In this document: in pieces, positions 39,541-51,233 of the stretch | How positions within the stretch are numbered: position 1 is the stretch's first letter | Layout: each line of letters opens with the position of its first letter | Assembly (NCBI GenBank): GCA_050575255.1 | Contig: JBNZDD010013646.1 | Span: forward strand, 2,433,229-2,497,228 | Reading direction: 5' to 3' | Length of the DNA stretch: 64,000 bases | Source: Harriotta raleighana | Taxonomy: Eukaryota | Notes under the pieces: generated by a model | Seen by the model: only the letters and a program-made list of their open reading frames with translations | What the model was told of the DNA's origin: nothing | Databases searched by the model: none | Position numbers and translations under genes: made by a program

Positions 39541-42500
39541 TCAATGATGATAATTATCAGGAATGCAACTGAGAAGAAATCTTGCTTTAGTGTCTCATCT
39601 GAACAATCACTGAAATACCCCTGACATTGCAGTACTCTCCAGCACTGCAATGGAATGCCAACTTGGACTACGAACTCAAGTCCTCACATGGTGTTTAAAC
39701 CTGCAGTCATCTGGCCCAGCAGTGACAATGATAGCTATTTAGCCATAGACACAATATTATCTTTTGATCAGATAATGCTAAAATTGTTTTGTAATATAGT
39801 ATAGTAGTGGAAATATAGACATGTTCAACATGGAGGAAGGCCACTTGAACAACTGGTGGCTATTCTCTATGGGTATGAGGTAAGTGGGATCTTTTTAGAG
39901 CTGAGCTAGTTCCAAGGTATCTGTCCTAGGAATGCAATATCTGAATAAATTCAATCCTCGGTGGTGATCTGAATAGTCCAGTTTTTTCTAAACTGGGAAA
40001 CTGGAATCATGACTTACAAGAAAAAACATTCATTTCAGATGATAGAATTTCACACATTTTGTTGGTATCATTGTTAGAGGCTTGAGACAGACAGCCATAT
40101 GGCATTACTGACGGAGCACAGCATGCACACTTATTCACTGCTCAGCAAATGATTGACCTGGCACGGAGCTGCAAGCAAATCTATCAATCTTGTTGGACTT
40201 TTATTCAAAGCAATAGTGATTTTAACCCATGTCTAGAAGGGTTGACTTTGAACTCTGTTGTAAATTGGTTGGCAATGCCTGTTTTTTAAAAAAAAGTTCT
40301 ATTTAATCTTGTATTGTTTAATCTGCTGCCTCAATGCAAAATGAATTTTAAAAAAGGTTGTTCAATTTAACCACAATTTCACATTGAAATGCTTAATGCT
40401 TGTTCTAGAATGTATTATTTCATTCTCTATGTGGCCTCTTACGTGAGGAAATAAAATTACTGTATTGCAAAAAATACATTACAGGAGCCAATGCCATTAT
40501 GGTATTTGCAAAATATTTCACTATGTTTCTACACTCAGAGCAAGGCACTACTAAGAACAATTATCCCCTTATGATCTTGTCTAATGTAATACATTTATTA
40601 TCATTATTACCTTAGTTTAGAAGAAAATGAAGGTCAAAAGAAAACCATGATACACGTTTCCAAAGCAACTGTTAAAAATGTGTTCTCATGAAAAGGAGCA
40701 GGTAAACAATGTAATTGTTTCCAGTGTGATGAGATTTTCAAACTCAAGTATAACCACAGCTTTAGAAAGCCAATATCCCTATAAACAAGTGGTGTGGGAG
40801 CATTACCCAGAAGTAAGCTCCCAAATGCTTGGAATTAAATATGACTATAATCACTGTAAAATCCAGTTAAACAAGCAAGTGCTCCATATGAAGGATGAGT
40901 ATAAATGCAAGTTGTTGTAAATCCGAGGTCCAGTTCAGTGTCAGCCTAGCTCAATTGTTTGCACCCACACTTCTGAGTCAAAAGGTTATGGGTTTAAACC
41001 CTAAATTTGGGACAGACACTCCAATAGAGTGCTGAGGAAGATCTCAAACATTGTCCTTGGGTTAAGTATTCATCTGAGGTCCTGTCTGTCAGGTGCAGTA
41101 GGGAACATCTGCAGTGTTTAAGAGTATCTAAACCAGACTATGATTTACACATAACTACTACTTGGCCATGGAAATTTATCTTTGTCTGGAATGGTGAATA
41201 CTCTTTCCCAGAGAGATGCCCTTCCTACTGACTTTAACAACTGACAGACAGGACCTTAGATTTCTAAGAGATTACTAAAAATGAGTGAACTTTAAACCTT
41301 AAAGATTTCTTGACACTATTCTACAATATGATTATTTTTCTAGTGTCCGAACAAAATATAAATACTGTATAAAGAAAAAGTAAAATAAATACTCAAGTGC
41401 TAGTTTGAGATCTGAAGGTTAAATTCATATCATTTTCTGTCCTCACTCCCAGGTATTCGCAAAACTTTATACAAACACCATTACTCCTTCCCTCAGTTAT
41501 CCTCTCAAAACTTTTTTAAGATCCTTATTTTGGACATGAATTCCTTCAACTCATCTCATTCCATGAAACAACAGGCTTTATTACCGAAGCAACCTTTTCT
41601 CATTCCACATAGTCTCACCTCATCTCTACAATGTTCTTTGGTCCTATATTAGAACTCTTATTTGTCTCTGTTCACTCTGGTCTATAAATTGTTTCTCCGT
41701 TACTTCAACCATCACTGTGCTCCAGTTCACTGCAGCTCTCATCCAAAACCGCTTTGCCTCGCTCTTCGCTCTCTCGCTGCATGGCTTGAAAAACCTTCTA
41801 GCTATATATCTATTTAAACTTTATCAACATTATTAAATCTATTTATTTTTTTACTCCAACTGCAGAATAACATTTATCAAGTGCTTTAAGATGTGTTTTT
41901 ATGTGAAAGTTTGTATAAATACAGAGTGCTGTTGCTGCATTGCAGCAGATTGCTCTGAAACTACTAGACAAATTTGCCTGGGCTGATTCAGTGCACCAAA
42001 TACATTTGCTGTGATTGTTTTCCTAAATCAGATTTTGCCAGCATGTGATTCATGTTTTCTTCCAATACAACAGTATGGGCTCAGCCTCTACTACAAATAG
42101 TGCATTGTTCCTGTTTGCACATTGTAATCTCATAAAGCAAAGTGCAAACACATAAGCTGGCAGACACTTCATTTGGAAAACAATCTATGTTAGTGGAGTA
42201 ATAGGACCCTTCATCTATTGTCACCTTGACTTATTAACACATCCTGAGGCTTTCTATCTGAATATGGGTTTTGGTCATTAATGGATAATGATAAGACTAC
42301 AGGACACAAAGGTAAACTGTAAATCATGGAAGAACAGTTCTGCAGAAACACAGTTTATAACCAAATTAGTTTCCTCATAGCATCAATGTAATAATGTTAC
42401 ATAAATGAATGGGAAAAAATGTCTTACAAAGTGCCAATGCTTTTAAATTGAAAATGTTGTTACCTAATTTGATTTAGGTATGTTATAAGAACATAGGAAA

Positions 42501-43355
42501 TGCTAGATGAAAACAAACGATTAATGTTCATCTAGTTTTACTAGCTCCATTGTTTCTTGCCTAATTATTTTAAACAGATTTGCCCATTTTTTCCTTTCTT
42601 CTTTCTCAGGTAATTTACTTTGGCATTCTCATTTGAAGTGGTCATAGGGGTTGATTGTTTTAGATGAGGCTATTTCCTTCTCTTGTTGGAGGCTGCACCC
42701 TGAGATCAGGGTAAAGCCAATTTTTCTCTACAGCTGTCCCTAACCTGGGAGTGTTTAATAGTAAAGCGGGTAGACAGTTGTGAAGAAAAATACATATCCA
42801 TTCTTCCTCTGAACACTGACATTCTTCTTTTTGGAATATTGGAAGAGGAATATACATTTTTGCTCCCTCCCTTCCTGTCGAAGTCCTGTCTCAGGATGTT
42901 CCTCTTTGACTTTCCTTTCCTTTATTTTACCCCCTCCCCTCCTCCTTAGGCTTCAACTCCCAGCTGGGGCGCCCAGCAAACAGCATTAAGCACTGAGATT
43001 TCCTCCCAACATAAAAGGCAGTATATGAATGCATAAATTATTTTGTACTGTACCGGCCAGGAAAAAGCATTTTATTTTTCAGCCTGATAAAATTAAAAAC
43101 TAATAATACGCCACACCATATTTTACAACACACTTCAATCATTGCTTCATTAAATACCTAACCAATTCTCTCTTGAACCACTTCACTCAAAATGTGCCTT
43201 CAGCCCCTTTATATATTTATCTATTCATCAAAATCATTTACATATCTTCTCTATTCTCTAAGTGAAGTAATTAAGCCTGAACTGTTTGTGTACCTTCTCT
43301 CTTTTGAGCTCAGTTCTGTCATCTCTTGCAGTTTGTGAATTTGTTCAATATATTA

Positions 43356-43952
43356 AGTAAAACTCCGTTTATCCGACCGAGACTGGATGAACTGGAAAAC
43401 CTGATGAACCGGAAACTCAAAAAAATAGTCCTGATTCGATACACCGGAAGTTATCCGGCAGTATAGTGATGACGCATTTAATGAATCGATTGTCGCATGT
43501 GAGTCCTGGTGCAGGTAGTCGGCTGGCCGTTAGTTGAGTCTAAACTCGCTCCTGCTCCTTTTAAAAGTCGCAATACTGACGGTAATTGTTCCTCCGTGGG
43601 TGGGGGTCACCATTGCGAAGTTAAGTACAAATAATAAAGTACTAATACAATATTCTGTAATTACAGTATCTGTTATTAGTGTATTTAGTCTATTAATTGT
43701 ATAGTATTGTTCAACATTTACAATAAAGTAGCCTTAAAATATTCTGTTATTACAGTATCTGTTATTACTGTATTTACTCTATTATTTATATGGTACAGTG
43801 TATAACATTTACAATAAAATACCCATACAATATTGTTATTATATGTTATTATTTAGTCTATTATTAATATAGTATGTGTTAAAATAATTTTTAATTAAAT
43901 AAAACATTCACTGGCCAAGTCCTGTGGGTGCCAGATAAATAGGGTTTTACTC
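43356..43952 (+). mobile_element. Family A Tigger-type element inserted in a decayed CR1
   Basis: Ends agtaaaactccgtttatcc / gataaatagggttttact, TA-flanked. AT-rich internal subrepeats. Confidence 0.8.
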
Positions 43953-45399
43953 TATTATGATAGAGTTGAGTGAAAGCATTCAGCATCTTGAATACCTTAA
44001 GTAGATCTCACCTGAACCTTCCCTTCTCCTTCAGAATATTCCCAGTTTCCATATCTTTTGCAGTAATTCATTCTCTAACTCAGGTTATCAGCCTAATTAC
44101 TCATCACAATAATAATAACACCAATAATATTAACAATACTTGCATTTGACATAGTCCTTTATAACATCCCTCTCTAATCAGAGGATATCTGCAATGGAAT
44201 AAGGTGCCAGCACAATACACAGTGCTTCATTATGGACCAAATTATTTATCTGTACAAGTTCAATTTCACTTTCAATGAATTTAGCTCTTTCTTTTTAGCT
44301 TGTATTTTTACTGTGAAGATGTTTGCCATGTTTTAAAGTTACACGAGATATAAAAAAGCAAGTTATTCCTTTCTTTTAGTACAGTCCAATATCTTGTTTG
44401 CTTATTTTACTGCAGTCTGGATGAGTACCAAGGTTGACCAAAATTGAATGCTATGACATAGTGGGTAAGTAGCAAAGAGGAGTTACCAAGCATGACAGTG
44501 TGAGGGAGATGAATTAATACACATAGTTGAAGTGGCACAATCACTGAAGTGCTCTGTGTTAATGAACATATCTCTTCTGATAATAATTCAGTTTCAGATT
44601 TGCAGATTAATGACTAAAGTAACCCTCTCCACAATCAGGTTCAGCGATGTCTGCAAACCAGTCGTTCCCCATCATCACTTACCATTTAAATTCAAAGCAT
44701 CCACATGAATTAGTCAAAAGTACAATGGGATATTAAAGTTAATCGTTATTCTCCGTGAATTCTTTTTTGAAAGACAACAATAATAACATTGTGCTGACTT
44801 GCTGTGTTGAATGTTTACACAGGTAATCACAAACTCAACCTGTTTCTTGAGGTTTTAATCAAACATTTGTTGTAACTGAGAATCTGCATTAATTTAGATT
44901 TCCTGTAGATGTATGAAGAATGTAGATTTCCAAGCATGTTGCAGGGGGTTCAGTTAGTGTGCAAATAGTTCTCATCCATGATCTAGATAGGCCTTGGTAT
45001 CCACACATTTTTGCAGTTTATATTGTGTTCGATGTGATGAGATTGAGGGCATTCTGAACTGTCATGAATTTTCAGGATTTTCAGCTAAAGAAAGCTTTAT
45101 AACTGATTGTCGATTCACAAGATTTTTCAGTGTTGGATGCTGAAGTGAAGAACAAATTGCCGACACCCTTTAAATCAGGGAATACAAGATACTGCATCAA
45201 TTTAAAATAGTAAGCAAACTGGCAAATAGGGAAGTTCATTTATTTTTGCACAAAGTAGATAGGATATTAAATGTCTGTAAATAATTATGATGTGTACAAA
45301 TTGAACCCTGTAATGTTATTTGTCATGAAATGAGCTGTAGGAATGGAAATAGTGGCAATGCTCTCATGCATTTCATGTTGAGATGTGGTGCTCACCAAC

Positions 45400-45945
45400 C
45401 TCAACAATTTGCATTAATATAGTGCCCTCCACACCGGGCAGCATCTCAGACTGTTTCACAATGTTGGAGCCCTAGGCCAAGCCTCGAGGGAGAGGTCGAC
45501 TGTAAGCACAGTCAAAGAGAAAGTTCTTCATGCATGACCTGAAGATGGTAAAGGAGAAGGCAAGATGAAGGGGTTGAGGGAAGGATTTCCAAAGTTTTGG
45601 GGTGTTGTGGCTGAAAACACGGCCACCGGTGGTGCAGTAAAGGATTTGGGGAAAGAAGCTTGAGGTCGGACCCATTGGATTGGAGGCAGCAGGTACTGTT
45701 GTGAAGAAAGAGGAGGTTAGAGAGGTGCAGAGGAGTGGAGAGTTTTAAACACTAGAATGAGCATCTTGAAGTCAATGGGCTCTGTGAATGGGAGCCAGTG
45801 CAGTTTGGCAAGAACAATGGAGTGCAATTTGGTTTGGGTGAGAATGGTATGAGCTGACTTTTGTGGATGGTGGAGGAAGGGAGACAGGTGAGGAATGCAT
45901 TAGAATAGTGCAGGCAAGAGGTGACAAAGATATGGGGGATTGAAT
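45400..45945 (-). mobile_element. Old L2 3' fragment
   Basis: Minus-strand FVTSCLHYSNAFL and LWKSFP..FRSCMKNFLF. Confidence 0.7.
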
Positions 45946-46987
45946 CTAAATTGCCCATGAATTCTGAGTGTTTTAATGAGGCTCCCAACAGTTTCTAGCC
46001 ACCCAATGAGAGCTCAAATGGCTTCAAGGTGATATGCTTGCCAATGAATGTTAGAGTCAAGACAGCCTTCATTGATGGTCTCATTTTCTGGTTTCCGAAC
46101 CAGGTGCATATTACTGCAGGGCACTGCTGATGAGAGCTCAGACAGCCTGGCAGCGCAGTATGTCTTGGAAGGGCAGGTTCGTCACTATTTTACCTACTCA
46201 GCATCTGTTAACCCAGAAAAACAAAGTCCTAACAAATAGGATGATACTAGCTGGACATGGCTTCAGTTGGCAATGCTTGTAAAATAGTCCTACCAATGAC
46301 AAGCTGTACAGTTTTACCTGGTTAAACCCCAGCAGTCCTCAAACCTACACTCTGGAATAGCCAACTCGTGGCTCTTACCAAATTTGTTGTGACTGCACCT
46401 AATATTGTTTGGCATTAGGTAAGCAGGGCGAGAGTTAGAATTTCATTCTAGATACAAGAATTTCTATTAGTAAGTGAGATAAATGTAACGTTTAGTCATA
46501 GCGATGAGTTTCTGAATCATCAACTGGCTGACCAAAAACAAAGTGACTTAGATCTCTGAAAGCTTTGCATCTGACCTCTAATACATAGTCACCAGCAACA
46601 TTAAATAAAGAAATCTGACCTTGAAGAGAAACATGTCTATCCATTTGGCCAAACACCCGAAAAGGTGTAATTACAACTCTTCAGAAGCATTGTGTGAAAA
46701 AGTATTTCAAAAGCAATCACTTTGTGAGCTGCAGCAGACAGCTGAGAGGGGTCTGTGATGGGAATGACATGGTGAAATCCCCATGCTACGTATCTGTATG
46801 TAACTTATAACTTGAAATGTGCCAAGTTGGTTAGTGGGATAGAAAAAAGAACCAATGATCACTACTTTCATATTGCAAAGCAATTAGACAAGAGAGCACA
46901 GGTTCAGGGCAATTTATACCAGAAAGTATTTCTTCATGGAGAAGGTAATTAATAGTTGGATTGTGTTACCAGGAGGGATTGTTTAGG

Positions 46988-47260
46988 CAAGGATTTCCCA
47001 AACGTTCTGGGCTCAAGGCCCCAAGGATATTAGGCATCTTGACTGAGGACCTCAAGTTGGGCTGTGCAGGCTTCCTGTGGGGCAATGAGGCATAGCTGCC
47101 ATAGGAGAGGAGTGAAATTATTCTTGGGGACGGAGGGCTAACTAAGACAGGGCTGGTTGGCCTACAGACTTCTCAGTCAAATTAACAGGCAAAGCCTTTA
47201 AGACAGACAAAGCCTTTGCACATCCTGTCAGTAGCCCCACCCAAGCCCAATTTGGGAACA
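46988..47260. mobile_element. Possible decayed hAT/Charlie-like MITE inside a CR1 fragment
   Basis: Imperfect termini caaggatttcccaaac ... aatttgggaaca. No clean 8-bp TSD is visible. Confidence 0.3.
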
Positions 47261-47329
47261 AAGATAGTGTGCTCATTTAAGCAACAAAGTAATAGGAAGA
47301 TAATAGATGGAGTATACATATACACACTT

Positions 47330-47660
47330 AGGGTGCGGCATAGATTCATTAGGTTAGTTCCTGGGATGAGGGGACTGACCTATGAGGATAGGTTGAATAA
47401 ACTAGGGCTGTATTCTTTAGAGTACAGAAGAATTAAGGGGGATCTTATACAAACATAAAAGAGTTGGATAAAGTAGACACTGAGGGACTGTTTCCCCTGG
47501 TAGGAGAATCTATAACCAGGGGTCACAGTCTTAAAATTAAGGGTCAGCCTTTCAGAACATAGTTGAGGAAACATTTCTTCACCTAGAGGGTAGTGAATTA
47601 GAAGGCTGTGGATGCTCAGTCCTTGAACGTTTTCAATGACTGAGAGATTTTTTAAGATTT
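47330..47660 (+). mobile_element. CR1-type LINE fragment just upstream of the NIF3L1 copy
   Basis: RFIRLVPGMRGLTYEDRLNKLGLYSLEYRRIKGDLIQT, then TRGHSLK. Confidence 0.85.
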
Positions 47661-47873
47661 TGATTTAAGCTATTACACCCCACAATTCAAGAAACCAATA
47701 TATAAAAAGAGATAAAGGCATCTGAAGAGATATCTACTGTATATTCTAATCACAAAATAACATGTTTTTGTTGTTATCCACCAGCAATCCCATAATCTTT
47801 GCATCTTTGTCACAGAGAGAGTGACACACAGAGACACAGACAGTCACAGAGAGAGTGGGAGAGACAGACACAC

Positions 47874-48966
47874 ATGGCCAGTCAGGGGAGGGGGTGAGGG
47901 GTGGGGGGGAGGTGAGTGTGGATGAGTTGCTGGGGATCCTAAGCTCCCTGTTCCCCCATCACTTGACCGAGAGCTGGGACAATGTGGGGGTGCTGTGCCG
48001 GCCCTCGGTGGGGAGGGGGGTGGTGGGGGCTGTGCTGCTGTGTCTGGACCTAACCCTGGCTGTGCTGCGGGAGGGGGTGCGGGAGGAGGTGGGGGCTCTG
48101 GTGGTGTATCACCCTCCTGTGTTCTACCACCTGAGGAGCCTGGGGGGGGGGCGGAGAGGACACACAGGCTGTTCGTGGCCACCATCGAGGTCAAGATGGC
48201 CGTCTTCTCCCCCCACACAGCGGCCGACAGCCTCCCCTGGGGGATCAACACCTGGCTCAGCCAGGCCCCAGGCCCCTGCCACACTCGCCCTCTCTCTCTG
48301 GCTCAGGCTGGGGGCTCCATGACTCACCGTGTGGAGCTCACTATGGACAGAGAGAGAGAGACTGTGCTGGACAGAGAGAGAGAGACTGTCCTGGACAGAC
48401 TGAGGAACATCCCGGGGGTTAAACTTACTCACTTTCCCGTCAGTGAAGGGATAAGACTATCTATGACCTGTGGACCTAAATCTTTGATTGAAATGGTGAG
48501 AATTCTCTCAGAATTTGAGGGATTTGCACAAAAAATGGAGATTACAGCTTTAGAAAAGTCACTGTTGTTGGACACAGAAATGGGGAGGTACTGTACATTG
48601 ACAGAACCCACAACGATTTCTACATTAGTGAAAAGAGTGAAAAGTTTCCTTCACTTAAATCATCTCCGTCTTGCTCTTGGGGACGGACACACCTTGGACT
48701 CTCTAATCTGTACAGTTGGTGTCTGTGCTGGATCCGGAGGCAGTTTACTGAAGGAAGTGGAGGCTGACTTATACCTGACCGGTGAGATGTCTCATCACTC
48801 TGTGCTGGATGCCTGTGCGTTTGGTCGCAGTGTAATTCTGTGTAATTCTGGCAACAGTGAACGAGGCTTTCTGACTGTACTACAGGCGAAACTCACACAG
48901 TTACTGAAGGGGAAAGTCCATGTGTTAGTCTCTCAGGCCGATCAACAGCAGATTGTGATCGTCTAA
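47874..48966 (+). CDS. NIF3L1: NIF3-like protein 1 (NGG1-interacting factor 3 / DUF34 family), intronless copy. Retrogene or young processed pseudogene, with a frameshift in the G-run at 48142-48151.
   Basis: Two overlapping ORFs together give the whole NIF3L1 sequence in order. ORF 47855-48322 supplies ESWDNVGVL...LCLDLT...YHPPVF. ORF 47995-48966 supplies FSPHTAADSLPWGINTWL, THRVEL, LEKSLLLDTEMGRYCTL, LRLALGDGHTLDS, VCAGSGGSLL, EADLYLTGEMSHHSVLDA and ERGFL. The frame switch falls in the G10 run. There are no introns. Stop TAA is at 48964-48966. The nearest ATG (47874) is out of frame by one base across another G-run. Confidence 0.9.
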
Positions 48967-49058
48967 AATCCTCCCCATCCCCTCTACCCTCCCTTCCCTC
49001 CAGTCTCCCTTCGCCTCCTTCCAGTCTCCCCTCTTTCCCCCCTCCCTACAACACTACA

Positions 49059-49064
49059 ATTAAA
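49059..49064 (+). promoter_or_regulatory. Candidate polyadenylation signal ATTAAA for the NIF3L1 copy
   Basis: ATTAAA lies about 90 nt after the stop codon and is followed by GT-rich sequence (ctgtgtctgttgtcg) near 49100. Confidence 0.4.
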
Positions 49065-49184
49065 GACGTCTTTTGTCTAGACCTCCCACCACTATCTCGT
49101 CTGTGTCTGTTGTCGCTCTACCTCTGTTCCTACACACACCCCCCCCACCCCCCCCCCCCACCTCCCTCTAACCTGTGTGTCTAA

Positions 49185-49365
49185 TCTAGACTGAGACTAA
49201 CTGAGAGAAACTGACTGAGACTAACAGACTGAGTCACAGACTGACAGAGAGACTGAGAATGAGAGAGAAAGACTAAGAGTGGGAGAGAGACTGACTGAGA
49301 GAGAGAAAGAGAGACTAAGAGTGAGAGAGACAGAGACAAGAGAGAAACTGAAAGTGAGACCGAGT
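49185..49365 (+). repeat. Degenerate gact/gaga low-complexity repeat
   Basis: Runs of gactgagaga and gactaa. Similar gaca/gaga runs lie at 47816-47872. Confidence 0.8.
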
Positions 49366-50919
49366 GACGCAGAATGGGTTCATTTGGGTTTATTTGTGTG
49401 TGTTTGTGGGACACTGCTGTGCGCAATTTGGCTGCCACATTTCGCCCCCAAATATACACCTGGTTTTCCTGCTCTCTTCCCTCTACCTCGACCACTCCCC
49501 TTACCCTCTTTCCCCCTTTCATCCCTGGCCCCCTCACTTCCATGACTGTTTGTGGGACACTGCTGTGTGCAATTTAGCTGCCACGTTTTGCCCACAAATA
49601 TACAGTCAATTTTTCCTACTTTCCTTCCCCTGAGCCCTCCTCCCCTACTTGACTGTACAGCGCCTTGGGACGTCCTCCCGACATGAAAGGCGCTATATAA
49701 ATAAAATTTTGATTTGATTTTGATTTAAATTAATCCTTCCAGTTAATAACACATTTCACATTGGGATAAGGTCTCAAACTGCTGCGCAGAATTTTGCTGT
49801 AAAGTATAGTGACTATGCATTTGTCAGCTGATCAAGCAACAAAGGGATAATTATAATTCCTGCATTTGTCAAGATGTTGATCATCTCACCTACAGTGTCA
49901 AGACATCTCAACGCACTTCATAGAATATACTAAAAAGTGAATTGACTGCACATTTTGTGGATGAAATTCTCTAGCCAATTCCACACAGAAGTGTTCCATA
50001 AACAGTCATGGGTTGAAGTGGCAATTTTTCTTACAGAAGGGATTATTACCCATGGTAATGTGATCCACCAATTTCTTGCTTGTGAGGCAAATGCTCCAAT
50101 TACTAACCTATAGAGCTCAACAAAATCAATTGAGATTCTTTGTAAATACTTTTGAGATGTATAAACTTCAATTTGCCACTCTGCCTGCCCCCTTTAAGTG
50201 GACGAGATGTTACTCGTGCACATTTGAATTCAGCTGCAACACCAGAATGATATTGATCATCTAACATCACATCTTTGACTGTGAGCCATAAAAAATGTCT
50301 AGGATGTATCAAAGTAGCAACTCCTGATATATAGAGCAGCTAGGCATGCATAACCTCTAGCAAGAAGAGTGGCATGCTCTGCACCTTATAGCATGTGCCA
50401 GAATTGACCTTTCTGCCAAACGTAGTGTCAAATGATAATTGTTACTGATAACACCTGAAACAAACTTTCAAAATGTGAGCAGAATCTCTCCTCCACCCCT
50501 TTCCCTCATCTACATGTTGTTTAGGCAATAGCAGAGCAGGACATGTAAATTTAATGGCCAATTAGTTATTTTAATTGTCTGTAAAGCAACTACTAATTAT
50601 GTGGTTGATGTCTGCCCAGCAGCATCCTGTTGAATGTGCTTCTCCTACAGCCCAGCCGTTTAACACTCTCTGTGCATGTTACAGCTAGGATAATTAATGA
50701 CTAACCATCAACATTATAAACTCACCTCAAACATGCAGACATCCTGCAGCCTAAATCTATAGGGCACCGTTAACATATCGCAAAGCCTTTGTTACAACAT
50801 GATACTGGTGAGAACTTCTTGCCCCAAAAGGGTTGCTCTCACTCTAAGATTAAATTGCTTGTTCTGAGTTCCCAGGAGCACTTACTATTTATTTAGAAGG
50901 TATGAAAGTACCATTCCCT

Positions 50920-51233
50920 TCCATATATCAACCTGTCAGCTCCCTCCGCTCAACAGTCTCCATCCTGCAGCATGCTGCCCAGCACGCCCCACCACGGATA
51001 GTCGAACCTTCAGCCTCTTTGCCCCATCTTCTGGAACTCCATCCCACATTTGCTTCGCTCTCTCCCTTGCCTCCTTCAAGCCATGTCTCAAGACCCTCCT
51101 CTTCGATCACGCACCTATCCCTAACTTCCCTTCACTCCACCCTTGCTGACCCTGACGCCCCTGTTCGGTTCCAAATCACTGATTGTCCAGCACCATGAAA
51201 AGGAGTTATTCAAATGTAATTTGTTGTTGTTGT
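50920..51233 (+). mobile_element. L2 3' end
   Basis: ctggaactccatccc...ctccttcaag...ctcaagaccc, with a (ttg)n tail. Confidence 0.75.

Noticed and set aside
42956-42975. Primer-binding-site-like sequence (tRNA-Arg-like) on the minus strand
   Set aside because: It has several mismatches, no identifiable LTR or gag nearby, and is on the opposite strand from the pol remnant.
47844-48611. Pro-rich minus-strand ORFs and the Gly-rich N-terminus of ORF 47995
   Set aside because: Shadow frames of the G-rich NIF3L1 coding sequence.
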